Shown in pieces: positions 26,759 through 38,714 of a stretch of DNA of 64,000 nucleotides (its first letter is position 1; each line of letters opens with the position of its first letter). A model generated the notes under the pieces. That model was not told where the DNA came from. It did not search any database and worked only from the letters and a program-made list of their open reading frames with translations. The translations under genes were made by a program, and so were the position numbers. Source of the DNA: Camelus dromedarius. Taxonomy: Eukaryota. The stretch lies in the NCBI RefSeq assembly GCF_036321535.1, contig NC_087436.1, forward strand, positions 79,734,001-79,798,000, given 5' to 3'.

Positions 26759-27147
26759 AACTCACTCCTCCGATAACTGGACTGCGGCGAATATTCTAGC
26801 CTGCTAATGGGTGAGGACGTAGGACCCCTCTGTACCTTTGGCACCAATCATCATGGATGAGGGGCCCTGGGGAGACAACGTCCTTGTGTGTGTGTTTCTT
26901 ATCACCTTGTACAGTACACGTGGAAGACAACTCAATTAGAAACCAGGAGGGAGTTTTATGTCCTCTCTCTAACAGTTATTACTAGTGCTTGATTTTGGAA
27001 AATTTCTTAGTAACTAGCTCCCTGATCATTGAATTTCACCATCTTCTAAGTGGAGCCAGCGAGGGAGCACCTGTGCAGGCGCTAGGTACCAACTGTGAGG
27101 CGCTCTTCCACAGTCAGGCTCCATCTCGTTTTGCGCCTTTGCTTTGT

Positions 27148-27320
27148 GCCTTCCCCTTTCTTCTTTTACTTCCTCTCTTCCTCCCTCCTCTCTTCCCTTC
27201 TTACCTTCTCTCCTCTTTCCCCTTTCTTCCATCCTCTTTTTCCTCTCTCCTCTCTCCCAGCCAACCTTCCTCCCTTCTTGTGGCCCTTCTGTCTTTCTTA
27301 CCCTTCACCCTGCCCCCACA
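27148..27320. repeat. CT-rich low-complexity tract
   Basis: Long pyrimidine-dominated run; source of the overlapping Leu/Ser/Pro/Phe ORFs. Confidence 0.9.
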
Positions 27321-28769
27321 CCTCAGTTCTTAAAGGCAGTTGTTCACTAGCCTTCTATACACAATGAGCATGGGGCGGGTGCAGAACAAGGGAAAATAGA
27401 GAGCAAGTAGGATGAGAACCCTCAGGGGAAAGTTAGCCTGAGGCTGGGCAAAAGGAGGGAGAGAAACAGGAGTGGGCAGCAAATCCTCATTGCCTTTGAA
27501 GAAGAAAACAAAGCTCTAAAAGGATAGAGCTTTCCTGGTAATTAGGGCTGAAGCAAATTTCTTACATGAATCTAATGGGAGACACACCAATCTTGTTCTC
27601 AATAAGATCCTTAAGATGGAAGCGATGGTGGGTTTCCAGATGTTTACAGTATGCCGTAACCGAGGCTGTGAGCATGAGGTCAGAATCCCAGTTCTGTTCA
27701 GGGCCGGAATGTGTCTAGCATTCTTCCTACCTTCTTGATGAAGATTTTATCCAGGGATAAAGCCTAGAATACAAAATGCAGCCTGAGTTCCCACTAATGG
27801 TGCCACCTTAATGGTAATAACCCCTGGTTGACTTGTTGTTGGATTCCTCCTGATCACAGCGGAACCAGTTTACTGGAAGCACCAGGTCAGTCTCACATGT
27901 CTTCACACACAATCTGGTGAACTGTATTGTCCACACAACATCTGCTGAGTTCTGCCTCTCTTGTTCTGGCCTCACTTTCCAAGACTTTGACCTTGAAATT
28001 ATTTGTGTGCAGTCTGTGTGCAGCCATTACAGCCAGTGTTCTGTGTGAGCTTCAGTCGCAGTGGCATGGCTAAGAGTGCTCCTGACGTCCTGGTTGTTCA
28101 GTATTCCCCAAGTGGCCAAGCACCGAGAGATGCCGGGTGACTTTGCTCTTCGGAGCCCTCAATGTGCCAAAGCTGCGTTTAGCCATAGAGGAGCAGGGAG
28201 AGTGGTGTCTTTCAACCACTCTCCTCACCATGCTCCCTCTCCAAGGTACCAATTCGGGTTGCTTGTGGCCTATCTCAAAGAGTCCCTAGAAAAAACAGTT
28301 CCTTCAGCTTTTTAACTCATTCTGACTTTTTCCAGTGGGGGCATTAGATATTCATGGGGCTGAGTCAGGACAGGCATGCTCTCTCCCTTCCTCTGAAATG
28401 GAGACTCTTTCCTCAATTTCTACCTAAAATAAGCTCATTCAAATGAATGCTGAGGGCACACACTCCATCAGTTCACCACATGTTTCCACACATGTCAAAG
28501 ACCCCATGGCAAACCTAACTTAAGCTCAAATTAGAATCCAGTTGAATCTTGAAGAATAAATGCCTTCTGATTTCTGAGCCTTTTGATTCAGTTGAATTGA
28601 ATAATTGAATTGAATAAAATAATCTTGAAAGATAAATACAGTCTTCAAATGGCGTTCCATACATACTTTTTTTAGACTACTTAAATATATTGATTATTAT
28701 TTGTAGAGAAAATTACAGGTTAGGAAAGATCGAAAATCTAATGGACAGTGTCATGGGGAACATGGTGCT

Positions 28770-29200
28770 GGAATCAGTGATAATGTCTTTGGCTGTGAGT
28801 AACAGAAAACTCTGCTCAAATTGCCCAATTTAACAAAGAATGGTGTGGGGGAATAGAGGCCCAGGTGTAGTAGTTCTTGAGGGTGCCAGGTTTTTTTCTA
28901 TATGATTCTCTTGGCTCCACCCTCTGCTATTTAGTGGCCTCATTCTCAGGCAGGATCGCAGTGTCTGTTCCAGGGGTCACATTCAAAAAGGCCAATGCCC
29001 ATAAAAAGCATGAGAGCATCTCATTCTCTTGTTGTCTCTTTCTTTCTCTGAGTGAGAAAACTTTCTCCTGCCACTGCCAAGCCGTGCCACTGCCAGTGAT
29101 AACTGGTCAGAATCCACTCTTCTGTGCATTATTAAGCCAATTACTTGCAAGGGGAACCATACTGGCTTAACTGGCTAAGATTAATCACATGGGGAGGAAG
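28770..29200 (-). mobile_element. Old MLT1 (K/L/M-like) LTR
   Basis: ctttggctgtgagtaacagaaaactctgctcaaa...tggtcagaat...ttaagccaattacttgcaagggg. Confidence 0.6.
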
Positions 29201-29559
29201 GGATGTTGGGGAGTTAACCATTAGGGTCACTCCAGTGCTCTTGAAATCACACTGTATGTCAGTTGTCTGTGGACAATGGTTGGGTGCTCCTGGCCCTCAC
29301 CTTTTTGCTCCTGCCCTGGTGGACACCTAGAGGTATTCATTGTGTCATAAACCCAATGATTTGTGTACAAGTAGTTGCAAACTTCAGTTGTAAGTCTTTC
29401 GGGCTTTGTTTTTCATTTCTGTAAGATATTCAAACAGAAAATTAGGTTAACTATCATCTTTCTCCTATTTACTCCGATACCCTTATCTTTAGCTGCTATC
29501 TCTCGTGTGAGCTTTAGCGATGCTTCTCCAAATACCTACTGAATATTTACACAGAGGCA

Positions 29560-30178
29560 TGTTGGTGGATGTGGTAGTTTGGCAGTGTCTCCATTCCAAC
29601 TGCCTTCTCTTGGGCCTTCATAAAGTGCAGAGTCTGGAAAACTGAAAAAAATTAAAAACAAAACAAAATACTACATCCCCCAGACTCCCCTGTAGCTAGG
29701 CCCCTGGGTTCAAAACAGGTTCTGCCTATTAGCTGTGTGTCTGCGAGACTGGGAAGGCGGAAACGAAGCGAGGCCGTGGTCCAGCTGCTTTCGCATTGCG
29801 CTGCTCCCCAGCACGCCATGGACACGTGCTGGGCTTCTCTGCAGCGCTGGATCGGGCCCATTAACTCACTTTGTGGCTGTGGAGAGCGGCAGCAGTAACA
29901 GCACCAGCTTCATGATTCTGGACCACAGTTACAGTGGTGGGATCCTGACATGAAGAATCACCTTACCAGGCGCCTCCTAAACACCTATCGTCCTGACACT
30001 GGCAGAGTTAACCGCATCCCTGGCAGACCCGCTCGGTCGTAGTCCTCTAGCAGTTATTTCTGGAGGGCCAGCCTCTCTTCTAGTGCTCTCAGTTGTTCGT
30101 AAGTATTTAATTCCCTGTTTCAAATCTTTTTCTGCTTAAATTAACTTGAATGGTTTTTGGCTGAAACCCGGCAGATAG
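29560..30178 (+). mobile_element. LTR50-like ERVL solo LTR
   Basis: gcagagtctggaaaactg...actacatcccccagactcccctgtagctagg...gggaaggcggaaacgaagcgaggcc; 3' tatttaattccctg...aaatctttttctgcttaaa. Confidence 0.7.
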
Positions 30179-31214
30179 GACATTCTATTGTCATTTCAAA
30201 CTCAATTTGTTTAAAAGACAACAATGTTCACCTCTCCTAATTAGCTCTTATTTTTGACATCCTTAAGTATTGTCATTCACAGCTATCTTTTTTCTCCTTT
30301 TTCTTTCATTGCTAATCAAATCCTTCAAAATGTCTCTTTTTATTTGTACCTTTCTTTCGAGTTGCCCTGCTAGCATCAAGACCAGACATTACCACTTCTT
30401 AGGTGTGGAATATATAAATAATCTTTTGGCTATTCTTCTCAACTCCCTTTCTTTCTAATTTTTAACTGATCATGTCCCCAAATGTGAAATTTATCATTGT
30501 TAAACATTGTTTTTATCATATCACTGCTATTCAGAGCAACAGATCCTAAAGGATTTCCCAAAACTCTTAGCCTTGCATTCAGTGTTCTCTAAAATCTTGT
30601 CTCAACCTGTCTTTTCAAGTGTATATTTTTCTTGGGGGTGGGTGAGTAATTCATAGAGACTCTGCTTTGTGAGAAGTGCCGTGCTATATGCGTGGCGGGC
30701 AATTTTGTTAAATTTTCCCTTCAAGCTAAATACTATTATCCTTATTTTCCTGGTAACTAAACTGCAACCTAGGTAAGTTAAATAGCTCTTCCCAGGGTAC
30801 AAACCTACACTGAGTGGTTCCAACGCTCAGCACAATGTGTATATGTAGAAATTCTTTCCCAAAGTCTCCGTGGTCTATCGAGTGTCTCTGGAACGTGCAC
30901 ATTTCTACACGAGGCCCAATGCTCTCACATTTCTTTCTCTCTCCTCTTCGTGAATTCTCTTTCTCCCATTCATCTTAGTAGATCTCAGTCCAGATTTTCT
31001 CTCTGAAGGCTACTTTGAACTTTTCAGATGATTTCTGAAATTCAAGTCATTTATTGTCTAGCACAAGGTCTTAGGAAATCTATTGGAAAGTGATATTCTT
31101 TACTTACCTTGTTTAGCTTTGCATGCCTAAGTCTTGGCTCCTCTAATGGCCATTATGCTCCTGAGGCAAGGATGACGTGCTACGCTTCTACACCTCTTCT
31201 TTCCACTTGAGTGA

Positions 31215-31600
31215 CAGTGGGAATTGCGCTGAACTCGGAACTACCAGGGCTAGTCCTCGTTCTCACCACTGATTGGCCTTGAGGCCTTAGACAAGGCAGT
31301 TAACTTTAAGGAGGGGGTCTTTTTTCTTACTTGTGAAACAGAGCTGGGAAGAGCTTTCTTCTCTTTCTCACAAGGCATCGATTCTCAGCCTTTAAGATTC
31401 TGATGAAAGCTACAGGATGTTCCCCAATGAACAAATGTCCTTGTGCTCAAATACACAAATTATTTACTTGGTTGAAGGAATTTCTGTGCTTCTTGAAGAC
31501 ATTTACAGACCTGGGTCAGTAATGCCTTTCATAGTGTTATCGTGAAGATCAGATAAAATATTGCATGAGAAAGCTCTATATAAATTTATAAAATGTTACA
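31215..31600 (+). mobile_element. MIR interrupted by a MER103C-like hAT element (~31372-31530)
   Basis: MIR halves (ccttagacaaggcagttaact / gttatcgtgaagatcagataaaatattgcatgagaaagc) flank gattctgatgaaagctacagg...tacacaaatt. Confidence 0.6.
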
Positions 31601-31814
31601 CAAAGTAAGGATTCAGGAGAGGATTAAATGAATAAATGAGTGAGTGAAATTTAGGATCAGTAGGGCTCTTATGAATTCATCTAGTTCAGTCCTCCCTGTT
31701 TTCAAGAAGGGTTTTTACTAGAACTGGTTTAGATGATTATATTAAAGAACTCCAGAGAAAAGCATTCTTATACTTACTGTGGTACGTCACTGTCAAACAT
31801 TTTCTTTCTTAGAT

Positions 31815-32560
31815 ATAAATTAATAATTCATAAAAGAAGACATATAGATGTTCGATGAACATGTGGGAAAAATTTCACACTAAGAGATAGATAAATGCAA
31901 ATTAAAACCCCAGTGAAATATTATACATCATGTATCACAATGTGATTAGTAAATAGTATAATAGCCGGTGCTGGAGAGGGAGTGGTGTGAGCCCGCGTTG
32001 CAAGTGGGTGTAACTTGGTTTCAGCTTTCTGGAGGGCAATTTGGCAGTGGGTAAAAAAAAGCTCATAATTGCATACCTATTTACTAATCGGTTCTGTTTT
32101 TAGAAATTTCCCCTAGGGTGCACCCCTACAGCCCAGTTATCAAAAGGTGCAAAAATATGTTTACAAGGGTGTTACTGAAACATTATCTATAAGTATCAAA
32201 AATAGGAGACGATGTAACTATGAAATTGGCTAACTAAATTTTAGCATATTCCTGTAAATGGGATACTTTGTAGCCTTTTTAATATTGTTGCCGAACATTC
32301 AATAATATGGACAAATGTTCACATCAAATTGCTGTGAAAAAAGAAAGCTTATGAAATTATATGTAGCATATAGGAAAGAAGAATACATTTTTATGCATAG
32401 AAAACACAGCCAGATAGGATCTGTACCAATATAATCATGGTTATTTGGGGGTGAAGAGATAATAACAGCTTGTAATTTTATTCTTTTTGTTCATTTGTGT
32501 TTTTAACCTTTAAAAGAGTAAACATGCATTAATTTTATATTAAGAAAAAGTTGTTAAAAT
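31815..32560 (+). mobile_element. Ancient L1 (L1MC/ME-like) ORF2 end and 3' UTR
   Basis: aaagaagacatatagatg...aaatgcaaattaaaacc...ctttctggagggcaatttggcag. Confidence 0.78.
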
Positions 32561-32934
32561 TATGTTTACATCTAATCTCAATTGTTTCTTCTTAAGTTTT
32601 AATGGAATATAGTTGATGAACATTTTCCATATAGTACATTTCCATATAGAATATGATTTATGACATTTTCACAGCTCTCTCTTACATGTATCCAGTTAAA
32701 ACCACTGCAAACTTCTTACATTTTCTCCTATTTTACAACTTATTTGTCTTCCATTGACTCTCTTTTGGTATTGTACTGGAGCACGCAAAAGTTACTTCTG
32801 GAATCATTAACCTCTCCCTCATGTTTTGGATTTATTTGGCATGAATCAAGGAAGGAGATAAAATTCTTTTTCTTAAGCTGAGGTTCCTATTGTGTACTGA
32901 GGTTGGGGTAGTTGGTGGCATGCCATGGAATAAA

Positions 32935-33155
32935 AAGACATTGGGAACTTACAGTCTGAAAACCTGGTTTGGGATCTCAGCTCAGTGTTTTCCTAGATAT
33001 ATAAACTATTTAGGAATCTAACCTTCCTCTAATTTAGTTTTCTTATCTGCAAGTCGTAACAATAATACATGCATACAGACATACAGACCTAACTGAAGGC
33101 AAAGCGTTGTGTTAGCAGCTAAATGTGATAACATATTTGAAAGAGCTTTACAAAC
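32935..33155 (+). mobile_element. MIR SINE
   Basis: acagtctgaaaacctggtttgggatctcagctc...tagttttcttatctgcaa...aaatgtgataacatatttgaaagagc. Confidence 0.7.
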
Positions 33156-36039
33156 TCCAACATACTCTACAGATCTGAGCTGTATTTGTTCTCTTGTCAA
33201 GTAGACTGATAAAGGAATGGGGAGAAGAAAGTGCTTCAGGGAAGCAGAAAAGCCTCAGTCTTCCTGAGAATAATGGACGGTTGATGTTAGTTTATCTACA
33301 TTTAAGTCAAACCATGGCTTCTTATTCAAGCTTCCGCATTTGCCCTTCCTTCCATCTTCTTCACCATTAAAATTCAATTAAATATGCTAGGAGAAAAACT
33401 CATCTTTTAAACAGCCTACATTGGTATAGTTTTCTTTTTTACCACCTCTTAAAATTGACATGTGACCAGATCATTTCACCTCTGGTAGCAGAGATATATG
33501 GGACAATATGCTTCTGTAATGCCAGAAAGGCATAATCCAATTTAGTAGGGGCAAGAAAAGAAAGGAATGGTGATAAATTTCTGCATAAATGGCTCATGTT
33601 GGCGTGAGATCATCTAAAATCCTACTATTTGTCAAATAAAAAAAAAGAAGGAGATTAAGGGAGTTGGAGTCACTTTTCATCACAAAGTTTGCGGCAGAAT
33701 CCAGACTCAAGCCCAGGTCTTCAGAACAAAGCTCAGTGTATCATACCACAGTTGTCTGCTGGCCTCCCTTTCTGCACTCACCAAAGCTTCAAGGCCAGAG
33801 TGCATAATTTCCATAGTATATTTCCCTCAGAATGTGTCATCAGCCCTTCTGTGAGTATGACTGTGTATGGGAATAACTGGGAATGTAAGGCTATCTTATA
33901 CTGGCAAACTTCCCCATATTCACAGAGGGTAAAGTCATTATCACTCAATCAGTGCATTCCTTGGGTCCTATCACTTCATTTTAAAGCTCTGTAATAAACT
34001 ATGTATGCTGGTCATCTTGCTTTGTGGTGGGCAGATATATCTGGTTCTGTTTTTTCAGCGGTCTTACCTTAGTTTAGGAAGATGAGTCTGGGGTTGCCAT
34101 ATTGAATTTTTCTTCTTGGTTATGCTCCAACCCTCACTCCAGATTTTACGGTAATTAATGCAAAGGGGGCTGTTTTTTCTTTTTTGGATTGCAGATGTGA
34201 GTGTGTTAAAGTTTCTAGGGACAGAAAAGATAAGTGTCTGCTGCTTTGTTTTCTCTTGCTTCCTCCATATATGAAACCATTCTGATAGATCTGCAGGAAG
34301 AGATTTAGTCGCAGATGGCAGAGGTCAGTGTCTTGTGTATTCAATGTAGTCAATAATAAAGTCAGGACTTACGCTAACTGAATGCTAATAAGGAGGCACA
34401 AGGACCTTGGAAAGTCATTATGTCTGGCCATTTGCTTCATAATATTACTCCAACTGGCTCAGGAGGCCAATGCAAGGAGATTTTTAAAAAGTATGAAGAA
34501 AAGGCCAGAAAAATAAGGAAATGATGAAAATGCTAGACAGATTGTAAGGTTCATGTGATATACAATAGCTCAGTAGAAGAAAGACTTTAAACTGTAGTTT
34601 CCATGAAGCAGAGGGAATAGTATGATTTCTTATTGAAGAAAATCTGGCCTTTATCCAGATCAAAATGTTATTTTATATATATATATATATATTTTTTTTT
34701 TGTCTAAATAGCATGATTCCTTCTAAGCATAATAGGCTTCTACAGACAGTAATTATGAGTCCTTTGAATGAAATTAGTTACATAAAACTGGTACTGTTTC
34801 TCATGGGAGAATACGCACCACTGCGTTTGGATAAGTCAGTAGGGAGAAGCTAAGACTAGTGACTAGTGCAGGAAGTACATGTAAGTATAAACCAGCTGCT
34901 ATCTCCCATTCTCTGCATTTTCCTCTCAAACTTCATTTCTTTGCAGTATGAAGCTTAACACTGCATCTGTGCATTCAGTCAGGCTCAGGTTTACCTTTGC
35001 CTCCTTTCTGATCCTTTGTTTTTTATCCTCAGTGGATTTTTATGCTCATGAAGCCAAGAAGGAAGCCACAATAGCACAAGTTAGACACACACACCAAAAA
35101 GAATAAACTTGTCATTACACAAAGATAAGGCCAGAGGGGTGGTCTATCAGCTGCACTGTCCATAAGGAGAAAACACCCCAGTTCCTCAGGGGAGGGAGAT
35201 CTTTTCTCCACATTAATTTATATAAATCCTCAGAGATACTCACTTCATCAAAGGCCCTGGTAATCAATCAGTGCTAAAAGAGAATTACACAATGTTAAAG
35301 CTTTAAGTCACTTTAGAATTCCTATTACATGGTCTTGTTTTTTTTTTTTTTTTTATCCATTCACCTATCCATCCATCCATCCATTTATTTAAAATTTGTA
35401 GAGCTCGAGTTCAATCTCCCTGGCATTGTATTATTTCACCAGAAGATATATCAAATCTAATTTTTGTTCCTTTGTGATGTTAGCAGCTGTTGATGCTCAA
35501 TACTTAGATTTATTCGGTTGTAAAACGGTATTACTCTAATTTTATCATTCTATCTAATTCTATCATTTTCTTTTTTTTTTTTTACTAACCAGAAACATTT
35601 TTTAAGGAGATGATTCTCCTTATATGTCATTTGGTTATCTGTTGATAATGCTGTCTTTTATGTTTACCCCATATTCGAGATAAACTGGCTCTTAGGAATT
35701 CAAGGATTCCAAACATAATTTAAATATATTTGATAATTTTTAATCCATTGTAAGGCTTATCCCTATAGGAGTTTAAATTGTTTCACCTTTGGCCAGTGGT
35801 GGACTTATAAATTAGTTTCCGAGTCTTTTTGACATGATTCTGTTAGTCTTAGATAGATTTCTTGCTATCCATTTGATGTGTCAATGCGTTTCAAGGTCAT
35901 CATGTACATTTCCTAATCCTGACCTGAATCAGTCATATCTTTTTAAGAAGCTCTGGTTTCTTTTAATGGAGATGGTTTTTCAAGACCACAGCTTGGCTCC
36001 TAGAGATCCTTATATCTGCTTGAGTGGTCATTTTTCCAG

Positions 36040-36197
36040 GCCTTTTTATTGGACAGAGCTAGGATATACACATATACACACTATACATATATATTATATA
36101 GGCGTATATATGTATATGCCTTTTTATTGGACAGAGCTAGGATATACACATATACACACTATACATATATATTATATAGGCGTATATATGTATATGC
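36040..36197. repeat. Perfect 78-bp tandem duplication
   Basis: 36040-36117 is identical to 36118-36195, with gc microhomology at the junction. Confidence 0.97.
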
Positions 36198-37017
36198 TGT
36201 ATTATGTAATACATTTTATTATGTATTATTGTATTACATATGTATGTTATAATATTCATAACAAACTGTTATATAACAAACTGTTATATAAATACAAAGA
36301 TATAAAATAATGCCAGAATAAATGTTTTAGTATAAAAACATAACATACTTATAAATTTATACCATTTTTTCCAATTTATGTTTAGGATTACAGTGCTTTT
36401 ATTTAACTGGATCTATATCATATCTCTGTCTCCTTAGTTTCACACCAAGAATCTTAGATCTCAAGGGTTAATAGAATCAGAAAATCCCCATGATTATTTT
36501 TTAATCTCTCTTTATATATACAATTGTGTCAGAATAGCAATACTAATACTACCACTGCCCATCATAAAAAACTAAAAATAATTAGTTAGTGATTATTAGT
36601 AATAGTAAGTACTTAAAAATAACACGTATTATTTTACATATGCTGGTCCCATACTTGCCACATTTTTTAATGGTTGTTCTGGATCTACATTATCAGATCA
36701 TGTAGCCATTACATACTATAATCTCTCCCTTTCAATCCTCACTAAATCTTAACTCTATAACTCTATATTTAATGCTTGCCATGGGTTTCTAGTCATCTTG
36801 CTTGTTTGAGGTTTGTTCTGTGGTAGATTCCTCAAGACGCACTTCTGAGGACAGTAGTAACTGAATTCTTATTGCTTGCTGTCTGTCCTTTTTATACTTT
36901 ACAGTCAGTTTTTTCTAAATTTGAAATCTTCGCCTCATAACGTTTCTCCTTGAGTATTTAAAATCAGCTACTCGGCTTCCTTTGACATAAAGTATTTTTA
37001 CTGTCACATCTGACGAT

Positions 37018-37180
37018 AGCATGTAGCTATTTAAATTAAATTAATTGAAATTTAATAAAATCAGACATTTGGATTGTCAGACTTCCTAGTCAATGGTCAC
37101 GTATGTCTAACGGCTACTGTGTTGGACGGCACAGATAGAGAACATTTCCATCATGGCAAAGTGCTATTGGACAGTCTGGA
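37018..37180 (+). mobile_element. MER3/MER33-like hAT-Charlie fragment
   Basis: ggctactgtgttggacggcacagatagagaacatttccatcatggcaaagtgctattggacag. Confidence 0.8.
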
Positions 37181-38465
37181 CTACAGGGCTGTTACTCTGC
37201 TCCTTATTATCATTTTTCTTATAGTGACTATCCAAAATACAGACCTCAGTACTTTTCTGCTGCTCATTTTTATGTGAATTTAGTTTTTCAGAAATATTAC
37301 AATAAGACATGATTCATACAGCTTTTCTAACTTTATACAATGCTCCTCTTTTTGTTTTATTGTTTACTGACATTCATGTAGTATCAAAAAGCAGTGCTAG
37401 CTTGATTTCTGATATTTCTTGATATTTTTCCCTGGATTCACTTTTATCTGGACCATTTTCTTTCTTTACATCTATTGTCCCTGTCCTGCTTAATTTGGAT
37501 TCCACTCCTCAAAATGGCACCCTGTCCTGGAAGCAATTCCTGGCTGGTCAGTTCCATATGTGCATAGTAGCTGAATCTCTCCAGCTCTTTTAGGTCATTC
37601 TTTAAACTCCTTGTGCACATGTACTACTACACTGAGCAAAATTATTCCAGTGTCAATCACTGCTCTCAAATTGGCCTGCCATGATTTCCAATAATACCTG
37701 CTAGCTACTTTGGGTTCTCCTGTTCTCAGTCCGTAGATCTCTTTTGTTTTCCTCTGCTTCTTCCTGCACGAACATTGTTAGTATGCACATCTGTGACTGT
37801 TGGTGATTTGTCCCCACTTGCTTGTATTTTGGATAAATATCATGTGGATACCTTGTCACCTCGTTTTGTTGTAAATGTAGTCCATGGGTTTTTAACTGGG
37901 CTAATAGTTGCTCTGGCTGTTTTAAGGGAAGGGTTGGGAATAGTTTAAGCCTTTGCTGTGTACTGCCATTGCCACCTCCGCTGATTCACTGCCTTCCTAT
38001 TCCTTTGAGGAATAAATTATTTGAAAATCTTCATAAACTTCTCTATAGAAGGACTAGCTCTTCGCAACTGTCTTGCTTTATTTTGGCTTGAAGTAAAGGG
38101 CTGTTGATAGACCATGCAGGTCTTCCAGCAGTTCTCCAGTGAGTTTATTCTTGGTGGAGCCCACAAGGACTGACTTTTTATTTCATTTGGAACTGCATCC
38201 TAAGATCTTTTCCTGCTCGAGTGCTGCAGGTTCAATGTGGATACTTCATACGTGTTGCTTAATTGGCTAGCTGCTGAGTTATTTCATTTCCTCTTCATTG
38301 GTTAGAACTTCAAAATAAATTTGAGATTTAGTTAAGTTGAAAGTTTGGTTTAATATGAATTGTATAGTGTGTGTGTATATATATGTGTGTGTGTGTATGT
38401 ATATATATATACCTATTAAATTTGTAAAATTCAAAGTTGAAAGCATCTTTACAGATCCTCTAACA

Positions 38466-38714
38466 TAGAGTTTCTTACCTAAGCACTATTGGCTTTTGTG
38501 CCAGATTATTCTTTGCTGTGGGGTTTGTCCTGTGCATTGTAGGATATTTAGAAGTATCCCTGGCTTCTACCCACTAGATGTCAGTAGCATCCCCCAGTTG
38601 TTACAAACAAAAAAAAAGTCTCTAGACTTCACCAACTGCCCAAAGGAAGGGAGAATTGCGGTGTGGAGTGTGTGTCAGGGGGCGGGGATTGCGTCTTGTT
38701 GAGAACCACCACTG
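38466..38714 (-). mobile_element. MER20, second copy
   Basis: tgtcctgtgcattgtaggatattt...tccctggcttctacccactagatgtcagtagcatcccccagttg; degenerate TSD ctctaaca/gcctaaca. Confidence 0.9.

Larger units (their letters stand above)
35400..37990 (-). mobile_element. Degraded ancient L1 (L1MC/ME-like) fragments
   Basis: tttcacctttggccagtgg, gagtctttttgacatga and agctctggtttcttttaatggagatgg resemble old L1M antisense sequence; interrupted by simple repeats and MER3/33. Confidence 0.55.

Noticed and set aside
26989..27367. Overlapping hydrophobic or charged ORFs
   Set aside because: Artefacts of a stop-poor CT-rich tract.
35834..36310. Longest ORF (158 aa) with an internal peptide repeat
   Set aside because: Produced by the 78-bp duplication and TA-rich sequence inside a degraded L1.
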